A stretch of DNA of 24,000 nucleotides from Candidatus Iainarchaeum sp. (GTDB lineage Archaea > Iainarchaeota > Iainarchaeia > Iainarchaeales > DTGL01). The notes beneath the pieces are model-generated. The model was not told the DNA's origin and searched no databases. It saw only the letters and a program-made list of their open reading frames with translations. The stretch spans positions 23,599 to 47,598 of the forward strand of contig JAFCFP010000001.1 in the NCBI GenBank assembly GCA_017608575.1, in the 5' to 3' direction. Positions 14,901 to 22,051 of the stretch are shown here, piece by piece. Numbering within the stretch: position 1 is the stretch's first letter; each line of letters begins with the position of its first letter. The translations under genes and the position numbers were made by a program.

Positions 14901-15584
14901 ATGGTGGACATAGTTGGAGGAATAAAAAAGCCATTCTCTGACATAAAAACATTGATTATCAGCACAATCATTGGAGCAATTCCAATAGTAAACTTTTTAT
15001 TGTTTGGTTATGCTCTTAAAACAGCACAGAACACAATAAAAGGCGACAACAAATTGCAGTCTTGGAGTGGATTCGTTGACATTATAGTAAAAACCATAGT
15101 TGGCTTCATTGTTGAAATAATTTATTTCATTCCAGCGCTCATAATAATGTTAATTGGAGGCGCAGGGCTTTTAATGCAGCTCTTTTCAGTAGCAGCAGGT
15201 GGACAAATTGATTACAATACATTAATGCAGGTCCTGTTTACAGGTGGCACTATAATGCTCATTGGAGCAATAGTTGCGTTTTTAACAGCCTTAATAATTC
15301 CAATGGCTTTAATGTTTTATGTCGGAGAAGGAAGCTTTGGAGCAGCATTCAGTGTTGGCAAAGTGATAAAGAAATGCTTAAGCGGAGCTTACATTATTGC
15401 ATTGATTATGGCAGTTATTTGGGCCATTGTTCTAGGAATTGTTACATTCATTTTGGGCTATGTGTTCAGTTTGATTCCAGTGATTAATCTCATATTAATA
15501 TTCTTGCTAGGTGGTTTCATTGCATATGCATTCAGTGTTCCAGTTTACACTTGGTTTGCTCAAGCTTACGCTGAAACAAAGTAA
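14901..15584 (+). CDS. DUF4013-family membrane protein (paralog A)
   Basis: 227 aa. GGIKKPFSDIKTLIISTIIGAIPIVNFLLFGYALKTAQNTIKGDNKLQSW..F fits the DUF4013 N-terminal pattern (..liGg...ip....l.GY.......g....lp.w). Multiple TM helices. Roughly 40 percent identical by eye to the next gene. Confidence 0.65.
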   Translation: MVDIVGGIKKPFSDIKTLIISTIIGAIPIVNFLLFGYALKTAQNTIKGDNKLQSWSGFVDIIVKTIVGFIVEIIYFIPALIIMLIGGAGLLMQLFSVAAGGQIDYNTLMQVLFTGGTIMLIGAIVAFLTALIIPMALMFYVGEGSFGAAFSVGKVIKKCLSGAYIIALIMAVIWAIVLGIVTFILGYVFSLIPVINLILIFLLGGFIAYAFSVPVYTWFAQAYAETK

Positions 15585-15653
15585 AGCAATCACCTCCTTT
15601 CCTTTTTCTTTTTTTATTTTGTTATACTTAGTTGGCGGCATGCTTTGCAATCA

Positions 15654-15668
15654 GCAAAGGTTTAAATA
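15654..15668 (+). promoter_or_regulatory. BRE/TATA promoter core GCAAAGGTTTAAATA (copy 3 of 3)
   Basis: Same core; lies 50 nt upstream of ATG 15718, with GGAGGCGG 5 nt upstream of that ATG. Confidence 0.6.
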
Positions 15669-15717
15669 CTACGTTTATGTTATTGTATTGCTGAATGTGT
15701 TAAATGGAGGCGGTTGA

Positions 15718-16386
15718 ATGAGCAGGTTTGGCGATGGCATTAAAAAGCCATTCATGGATTCAAAAACCCTTGCAATTGGTTCAATAATTGGAGCAATTCC
15801 AATAGTGGGAATCCTTTTAATGGGTTATTTTGTTAAATCCCTTGAAAGCGAGTTAAAGGGCGGAAAAGTGGTTAAGTGGCAGTCTTTTCCGGAACTCATA
15901 ATTGAATCAATTCTTGGAACAATAATTGCATTTATTTATTCCATTCCCGCGGGAGTGGTTTTATTCCTTGCTGTTAGTAGTCTTCCAGTTGGCTCTGACT
16001 ATTTTGAGTCATTTTATTTGGCGCTGGCAAGCGGTAACATTTTGTACTATGCTGGCTTAATATTGGCAATAATTACTGCACTCGTAATTCCAATGGCTTT
16101 AACCAATTTTGCAAAAGAGGGAAAATTCAATGCAGCTTTTGATTTCAAAAAAGTGTTCCGAAAAGGTCTTTCAGGGCAAGGAATAATTGCTTTTTTGTTG
16201 AGCATTATTGCAACAATAGTGCTTGGTTCAATAGTGCTTGTAGTGCTCTTGACTCTTTTGACCTTTTTGGGAACAGTGCCATTGCTTGCTCTTGTTTTAG
16301 TGCTTTTAGCTTCAGGTTTTATTAACTTTGCTCTTGCAAGCGCAATGCCAACCTGGTATGTCACAGCATTTAAAGAGGCAAAGTGA
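15718..16386 (+). CDS. DUF4013-family membrane protein (paralog B)
   Basis: 222 aa. DGIKKPFMDSKTLAIGSIIGAIPIVGILLMGYFVKSLESELKGGKVVKWQSF and ALVIPMAL..F..EG.F.AAF are colinear with paralog A. Confidence 0.65.
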   Translation: MSRFGDGIKKPFMDSKTLAIGSIIGAIPIVGILLMGYFVKSLESELKGGKVVKWQSFPELIIESILGTIIAFIYSIPAGVVLFLAVSSLPVGSDYFESFYLALASGNILYYAGLILAIITALVIPMALTNFAKEGKFNAAFDFKKVFRKGLSGQGIIAFLLSIIATIVLGSIVLVVLLTLLTFLGTVPLLALVLVLLASGFINFALASAMPTWYVTAFKEAK

Positions 16387-16459
16387 GCGTTTCACTTTCC
16401 TCTTTTTTCTTATTGCTTTTTATTCGCTTCACTGCTTTAGCTTTATGGAAGGGAATTGA

Positions 16460-17566
16460 ATGAAGTCACTCAGCCTTGGAAAACTTTTGGGAATAAAGGT
16501 TGAATTGCATTGGAGTTTTTTGCTTATTGCTGGATTGATGATTGCATCACTTGCCTTGTTCCAGCCACAAGCCCTGCTTCCAATAATTGTTTTTTTCTCT
16601 CTTTTGTTTTTAACCGTTTTTTTGCATGAATTGACTCACAGCGTTGTTTCCTTGCAACGCGGTTTTCGGGTGAAAAAAATAGTCTTGCTGCCGATTGGCG
16701 GGGTTGCTTTGAGTGAAAAATTGCCCGAAAAGCCATTGGATGAATTCCTAATAGCTGCAAGTGGTCCAATTTTCAATTTTGCTGTTGCTTTAGTGTTATT
16801 ATTTCTTGTTTCTTTTTTTCCATTGCCTTTTCCAGAAAACAGTTTTTTTCAGTTATTCAAAAGCTTTATTTTGGGGTCAGCGCTTTTTGAGCAGGCATTG
16901 TTGAAATACCCGCTTTTTGCGTTGTTTTGGATTAACTTGATTCTTGGCTCTTTTAATTTGTTTCTGCCAGCGCTTCCATTGGACGGTGGCAGAGTGCTGC
17001 GTTCAATTCTTGGAACAAAGCTGGGCTACATGAAAGCAACATCCATTGTTTCAAGGACTAGCACTTTTGTTGCATTACTTTTGTTTCTTTCAGTGTTTTT
17101 TTTGGGAATTCTGGCGCCAATAATTGGGTTAATTATTTTGTTTGGTTCAAAAGAAGAAGAGCGCTTGGTTAAATTAAAGTATTTTTTTTCAGGCATTCGT
17201 GTTTCAGAGGCAATTGAAAAAAAACCACTTGTGTTAAAGGGAAGCACGCCATTAAAGACTGCCTTGAAGGAAATGCTTCAAAGAAAAAAAACAATTGCAT
17301 TGGTCAAGTTAAGGAAAGAATACGGTGTTCTTTCAGCAGCGCAATTTATTGAACAACGGGAGAAATTAAGCGAGCCGGTTTCAAAGATTGCAGTAAAAAC
17401 CGAGCCAGTGAATTACAATGAAAGCGTTTCCTCAGTGCTCGAAAGAATACTTTCAGGCAATTCTGTTTTCATTCCAGTGTTGAAAAAAGGAAAACTTGCA
17501 GGCGCAATAAATTCCGAAAAACTTGAAAAATTCCTCCAACTCAAAAGACTTGAAAAAATGCTATAA
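16460..17566 (+). CDS. Site-2 protease family (peptidase M50) intramembrane metalloprotease with C-terminal CBS domains
   Basis: HELTHS (HExxH) sits in a TM helix and NLFLPALPLDGGRVLR (NxxPxxxLDG) in a later one. The C-terminal ~130 aa form a soluble CBS-pair-like region. Confidence 0.85.
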   Translation: MKSLSLGKLLGIKVELHWSFLLIAGLMIASLALFQPQALLPIIVFFSLLFLTVFLHELTHSVVSLQRGFRVKKIVLLPIGGVALSEKLPEKPLDEFLIAASGPIFNFAVALVLLFLVSFFPLPFPENSFFQLFKSFILGSALFEQALLKYPLFALFWINLILGSFNLFLPALPLDGGRVLRSILGTKLGYMKATSIVSRTSTFVALLLFLSVFFLGILAPIIGLIILFGSKEEERLVKLKYFFSGIRVSEAIEKKPLVLKGSTPLKTALKEMLQRKKTIALVKLRKEYGVLSAAQFIEQREKLSEPVSKIAVKTEPVNYNESVSSVLERILSGNSVFIPVLKKGKLAGAINSEKLEKFLQLKRLEKML

Positions 17567-17613
17567 CACAGCATTTTTTAAAACAGCATTGCATTAATTA
17601 TTTTACTGCAAAT

Positions 17614-17861
17614 GCCGAGGTGGCGGAGCCCGGTTTAACGCGCCAGCCTCGAGCTGCCCTTTCTTTTCTTTAAAAAAGAAAAGAAAGTGCAAGTTGCCCA
17701 AAGAAAAGAAAAAGTTTTGGAGTTGTTCAAAGAAAAAAAGTTTTTGGAGTTGCTTAAAGAAAAGAAATTGCAAGCTGTCCGAAAAGGTTCCATGTTATTT
17801 AACGGGCACGGGAGAGCTGGTGTGCTTTTAGCACGCGTGGGTTCGAATCCCACCCTCGGCG
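17614..17861 (+). tRNA. tRNA-Ser (anticodon CGA) interrupted by a 161-nt intron at the canonical 37/38 position
   Basis: Exons: acceptor GCCGAGG/CCTCGGC, 3-bp D stem, anticodon stem CCAGC/GCTGG, CT-CGA-G loop, long variable arm GTGC-TTTTA-GCAC, T arm GTGGG-TTCGAAT-CCCAC, discriminator G. Mature length is 87 nt. Confidence 0.85.
17654..17814 (+). other. tRNA intron with a canonical helix-bulge-helix-bulge-helix splice motif
   Basis: Central 4-bp helix CTCG (17648-51) pairs with CGGG (17809-12). The 3-nt bulges are AG|C (17652-54) and AG|A (17813-15). The inner helix is TGCCC (17655-59) with GGGCA (17804-08). Both splice sites fall after the second bulge nucleotide, as expected for the archaeal splicing endonuclease. 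Confidence 0.8.
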
Positions 17862-17986
17862 TTTACCTATTAAATAAGTTGATAGCAGATGTTGTAAAAT
17901 GCGTTCACATGATTACAAAAAGTTCGTAAAAGAATATTCTAACCTTAGTATTGGAGGTACTTGAAAGTATTAATTAGAATTGCTGT

Positions 17987-18871
17987 TTACATTGCTCTAA
18001 GCCTTTTAATGCGTTCTTTGATTGGCGGATGCGTGGAGAATAAATTATTAAGGAATGATTTATGCTCATGCAAGGGATTTATTATGTATAAGTGGGCGGT
18101 TGCTTTGTTTGCTACTTCCAATGGCTCTTTGTCCGCTGCAAGTTTTTCCAGTGCAGATGCTAATCCTTCAGGATACCTTGTAAGCAATGCGCCATTTGCA
18201 TCAGCTAAAAATTCACGTTTTCTTGAAAGAGCTAATTTCATTAGCGTTGCAATAATTGGTGCAAGCAATGCTAATGCCAATGCCAGTCCAATAATGAGCA
18301 CATTTCCACTTCCCCGACTGTTTCTGCTTCTTCCACCCCATATGAACGTGCGGAACATAAAATCACTCATTAATGCAACAAGTCCCACTAGTACGGTTAC
18401 AAGCATCATAAAGCGAATGTCATAGTTTTTTATGTGAGACATTTCATGGGCTATTACTCCCTCTAATTCAACGCGGTTCATTTTTTTCAACAAGCCAGTA
18501 GTAACACATATTATTGCATGCTCTGGATCGCGGCCAGTGGCAAATGCATTAGGCGCATTATCTTCAATGACATAACATTTTGGTTTTGGAATCCCTGCAG
18601 CTATTGCTAGACCTTCAACTGTATAATGCAAATGTGGAAATTCTTCTTTTGTAGCAGGTCTGGCATGGCTTATTTTGAGAACAATTTTGTCAGAATTATA
18701 ATAAGCGCTCCAAACCGAAATTATTGCAATAATGAAAGCAATCACTGTTCCCCAGTAACCAATTCCCAAAAAATAGCCAAACACTGTGCCGATAAATAAA
18801 ATGAACAAAATAAAAAAGAAGAAGAGAATGTAAGAATTTCTCTTGTTTTTAGCTATCTCTTCATAAATCAT
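17987..18871 (-). CDS. htpX: HtpX-type membrane zinc metalloprotease (peptidase M48)
   Basis: HEMSHIKNYD (HExxH), the downstream EFLADANGA glutamate region and four TM helices. The track start at 18880 is a GTG; ATG 18871 follows GGTG. Confidence 0.88.
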   Translation of the reverse strand: MIYEEIAKNKRNSYILFFFFILFILFIGTVFGYFLGIGYWGTVIAFIIAIISVWSAYYNSDKIVLKISHARPATKEEFPHLHYTVEGLAIAAGIPKPKCYVIEDNAPNAFATGRDPEHAIICVTTGLLKKMNRVELEGVIAHEMSHIKNYDIRFMMLVTVLVGLVALMSDFMFRTFIWGGRSRNSRGSGNVLIIGLALALALLAPIIATLMKLALSRKREFLADANGALLTRYPEGLASALEKLAADKEPLEVANKATAHLYIINPLHEHKSFLNNLFSTHPPIKERIKRLRAM

Positions 18872-18902
18872 TGGCACCACTTTTAATGCTCAAAAGCACT
18901 GT

Positions 18903-19484
18903 TCATTCAAAGCTAACCTTTGGAACACTTCTCTCTGATTCCTCTACTTCAAAGTATTCGAATTCCTTTTTGAATTTGAACAATGATGCAACAATGTTTG
19001 TTGGAAAGCTTTCAAGTGCAACATCGTATGCCATAACCGAATCGTTGTAGAATTGTCTTGCATAAGCTATTTTTGATTCAATGCCTGCAAGTTCTTCCTG
19101 AAGCATTAAAAAATTCTTGCTTGCCTTGAGGTCAGGGTAATTCTCTGCTACTGCAAACAATGATTTTAATGCTCCTGTTAGCATGTTTGTTGCCTTTGCT
19201 TTTTCCGCAACACTTCCAGCGTTCAGGAACGCGGTCCTTGCCTTTGTTACCTGTTGGAAAACTGTTTTTTCATGCTTTGCATAACCTTTAACAGTTTCAA
19301 TTAAGTTTGGCACTAAATCAGCTCTTTTCTTTAACTGCACGTCAATTTGGTGCCACGCGTTTTTAACACGGTTCTTTTTTGCAACCAATACATTGTATAA
19401 CCCAAAAAAAGCAAGCACTATTATGACTATTACTATTAGCAAGCCAATTCCTGCAATTAAAAGAATATCAAACAACAAAACCAC
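18903..19484 (-). CDS. lemA: LemA family protein
   Basis: Single N-terminal TM helix, then [44 protein letters not shown] and [15 protein letters not shown], the LemA signature. The exact start (GTG 19484 or a nearby TTG) is uncertain. LemA next to an M48 protease is a commonly seen pairing. Confidence 0.88.
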   Translation of the reverse strand: MVLLFDILLIAGIGLLIVIVIIVLAFFGLYNVLVAKKNRVKNAWHQIDVQLKKRADLVPNLIETVKGYAKHEKTVFQQVTKARTAFLNAGSVAEKAKATNMLTGALKSLFAVAENYPDLKASKNFLMLQEELAGIESKIAYARQFYNDSVMAYDVALESFPTNIVASLFKFKKEFEYFEVEESERSVPKVSFE

Positions 19485-19529
19485 CTCGTGAATTCATTTA
19501 AATTAATACTCAACTCTATTTATTTTTTT

Positions 19530-21011
19530 CTATTCGGTTTGGATTTTTTGGAATAGTATTTTTCCCTTTTCAACTGCTTCTCCGCCTTTGAGTAATCCAA
19601 ACTTGCAGTTTTCAATTTTTCCTTTTTCTGCGCCTATTTGTTTGAGTATTTTTTCCGCTGTTTGCGGCAAAAATGGTTGCAATAGTAATCCAATGACGCG
19701 TAGGGCTTCAGAAAGAGAGTAAAGAACATTTTCCAGTTTTTCTCCGGAAAGCATCCATGGTTTTTTTTCATTAATGAATTGATTGCATGATTTTGCAAAG
19801 CCCATTATTTTTCCCAAAGCCAAATGCAATTCAAATTCCTGCATGTGCTTTTTTATTTTTTCCAATTCGAGTTTTGCTGCAAGCCCTGAATCCATTTTTC
19901 CACTTGGAATTTTTCCATTACAATACCTTTCAATCATTGAAAGAGTCCTGTTTAACAAATTACCCAATTCATTTGCCAGTTCATCATTGTTTCTTTTAAT
20001 GAGTGCTTCTTCTGAAAAAAACCCGTCTTCTCCAAAGGGAATTTCTCTCAATAAAAAATAACGAACTGCATCAATGTTGTATTTTTCAGCCAATTCCAAT
20101 GGGTCAATCACTGTTCCTTTTGATTTGCTCATTTTTTCGCCACTGGAAGTGTTAATAAAGCCGTGCACTAAAACAGTTTTTGGAAGTTCAATGCCAGCAG
20201 CCATTAAAATGCTCCACCAAATAACAGTGTGATGCCATAAAATGTCCTTTCCAATCAAGTGAACATCAGCTGGCCAAAATTTTTTAAAATTCTCTCCATT
20301 GGGGTAATCAACACCGCTCACATAATTGATTAATGCATCCATCCACACATACTGAACATGCTTTTTATTTATTGGCACTGGCACGCCCCAGTTAAAAGAA
20401 GAACGCGAAACACTTAAGTCACGTAGTTCTTCCCTCAACCTGTTTTTTATTTCAGTGCGCTTTCCCTTTGGATAAATGCTTTTTTCGTTTTTTTCCAAGT
20501 AATCAATTAATTTTTGCTTGTATTTTCCCATTTTAAAAAAATAGGATTCTTCGCTTAACTGTTCACATTCTTTTCCGTGAATTGGACATTTTCCATCCTT
20601 TAAGTCTTTCTCCAAATAAAATGTTTCACAATCAGTGCAGTAAAGACCAGAGTATTTTCCTAAATAAATTTCTCCCTTTTCATAAATTTTTTTAAAAATG
20701 TTTTGTGCAACCCTTATGTGTTGTTCTTCTGTTGTCCTAATAAAGCGGTCATTGCTAATATTCCATTTAAGGCAGAGTTCACGGAATTTTTCAGATTGCT
20801 TATTCACAAATTCTTGCGGTGAAAGACCGTTTTTTTTTGCTGCTTTCATTATTTTTTGGCCGTGTTCGTCTGTGCCGGTTAAAAAAAACACTTCTTCTCC
20901 AAGAAAACGATGCCATCTGGCCATAACATCAGCACAAAGCTTTTCATAAGCATGCCCCAAATGTGGTTCTCCTGAAGGATAATCGATTGCAGTTGTAATA
21001 TAAAACTTCAT
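19530..21011 (-). CDS. metG: Methionyl-tRNA synthetase, short form without a C-terminal tRNA-binding appendage
   Basis: PHLGHAYE (HIGH-class motif), KMSKSKG, zinc knuckle CTDCETF...CPIHGKEC, and WMDALINY / HLIGKDILWHH typical of MetRS. 493 aa. Confidence 0.92.
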   Translation of the reverse strand: MKFYITTAIDYPSGEPHLGHAYEKLCADVMARWHRFLGEEVFFLTGTDEHGQKIMKAAKKNGLSPQEFVNKQSEKFRELCLKWNISNDRFIRTTEEQHIRVAQNIFKKIYEKGEIYLGKYSGLYCTDCETFYLEKDLKDGKCPIHGKECEQLSEESYFFKMGKYKQKLIDYLEKNEKSIYPKGKRTEIKNRLREELRDLSVSRSSFNWGVPVPINKKHVQYVWMDALINYVSGVDYPNGENFKKFWPADVHLIGKDILWHHTVIWWSILMAAGIELPKTVLVHGFINTSSGEKMSKSKGTVIDPLELAEKYNIDAVRYFLLREIPFGEDGFFSEEALIKRNNDELANELGNLLNRTLSMIERYCNGKIPSGKMDSGLAAKLELEKIKKHMQEFELHLALGKIMGFAKSCNQFINEKKPWMLSGEKLENVLYSLSEALRVIGLLLQPFLPQTAEKILKQIGAEKGKIENCKFGLLKGGEAVEKGKILFQKIQTE

Positions 21012-21219
21012 GAGCTATGGCCTCCTTTTCTCATTTTATCCTGCTTGTTCTAATCCGCATACTTCATGTTTCCTGCTATTAATTCATTAAATAACTTAAG
21101 AGCGAAGTTTTATAATTGATAGCATTCAGGGTTTCTATTGTTCTTGCCATTCTTGGCTGTATTTTTATTCCAAAATCATTTCTTTTATGCTTTTTGCTTT
21201 CCTTTTTTTGCACTTATTT

Positions 21220-21801
21220 TTATGCTCTCAATCCGTGTTCTTTTTCTAATTCCTTGATTCGCTTTCGCACTTCTTTTTCATAACCCCGTCTGATAGCCAA
21301 ACGCATGCTCCTTTGTATACTCTTCATATCCTTATAGTACTCTTTTCGTGTCTCTGCAAGCATTCCTTGCAGGATTTGAAGGTATTGTTTTGCCGGCGCA
21401 AGACTTGCCAGTGCAATGCGAGCGAATTTCCCAAATTCAAGGTTGTCCACAGCTTCAGATGGTAAAACATATTCTTCTCCTGCCTCTACAGCTTTTTTCA
21501 CTCTCCTGATTTCACTCCTCAGGGCTCTCATGGTCTCCAAGTATCGAGGGTCACGGTAGTTGAGACCGTAAAATATATTTTTTGCTTCCATTTCAATTCT
21601 GAACCTTTTCCACTCCTCTGGATCGTATTTGAAATCTTTGAATTCTTTCCCTTGAGCTTCAGTCATTGCTTTAAAGAATCTCTTGGTTTTTTTTATTTCA
21701 TCTTCTATTGGAAGCTTTCTATATCTGCGGGTGCCAATGCGAATCCAAGGTGGCTTGCGCTTTTTTCTCTGTTTCTTTCTTTTAGTGGGTTTTGCGGGCA
21801 T
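21220..21801 (-). CDS. Hypothetical basic protein (Arg/Lys-rich N-terminal tail, helical body)
   Basis: 193-aa ORF with an ATG start. The N-terminus is MPAKPTKRKKQRKKRKPPWIRIGTRRYRK; the rest is helical and R/E/K-rich. No motif recognised. Coding status rests on ORF length and the lack of competing ORFs. Confidence 0.5.
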   Translation of the reverse strand: MPAKPTKRKKQRKKRKPPWIRIGTRRYRKLPIEDEIKKTKRFFKAMTEAQGKEFKDFKYDPEEWKRFRIEMEAKNIFYGLNYRDPRYLETMRALRSEIRRVKKAVEAGEEYVLPSEAVDNLEFGKFARIALASLAPAKQYLQILQGMLAETRKEYYKDMKSIQRSMRLAIRRGYEKEVRKRIKELEKEHGLRA

Positions 21802-22051
21802 GAAATAGATAAGAACTGGAAATATTTAATTGTTTGCCAAGAACGAAGCAATTATGTAGCATTATGTTTGGATTGCTACTTTATAGCATTCAAGAGATTT
21901 GATTCCATAACTCCATAGGAATATAACACATTTCCACTTATTTCTTTCTGGAATTTTTTTAACTCCCAACACAATCGCTCTCAACACTGTTTAGGGGAAA
22001 CACACCCTAAAAGCGCTTAAAAACATAAAAAAAGCATAGTTTAGTGAGAGC

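Noticed and set aside
15511-15717. 68-aa + strand ORF spanning the DUF4013-A 3' end and the following spacer
   Set aside because: It covers the terminator T-runs and the conserved promoter/SD of the next gene. It is out of frame with paralog A and has no signals of its own.
17654-17814. Intron-encoded C/D-box sRNA or a mini CRISPR-like repeat
   Set aside because: No TGATGA or CTGA boxes are present. There are only four short, imperfect units without spacer-like unique segments of CRISPR size, and no cas genes are nearby.
17635-17929. ORFs 17635..17853 (-) and 17687..17929 (+) inside the tRNA-Ser locus, including the repetitive peptide KVLELFKEKKFLELLKEKK
   Set aside because: They lie within the tRNA intron and 3' exon, and the + ORF reads through the T arm. 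The apparent peptide repeat is just the translation of the 27-nt nucleotide repeat. There is no SD or promoter.
17961-18425. 154-aa + strand ORF
   Set aside because: It is antisense to htpX, which has the HExxH motif and TM architecture. It is a shadow ORF.
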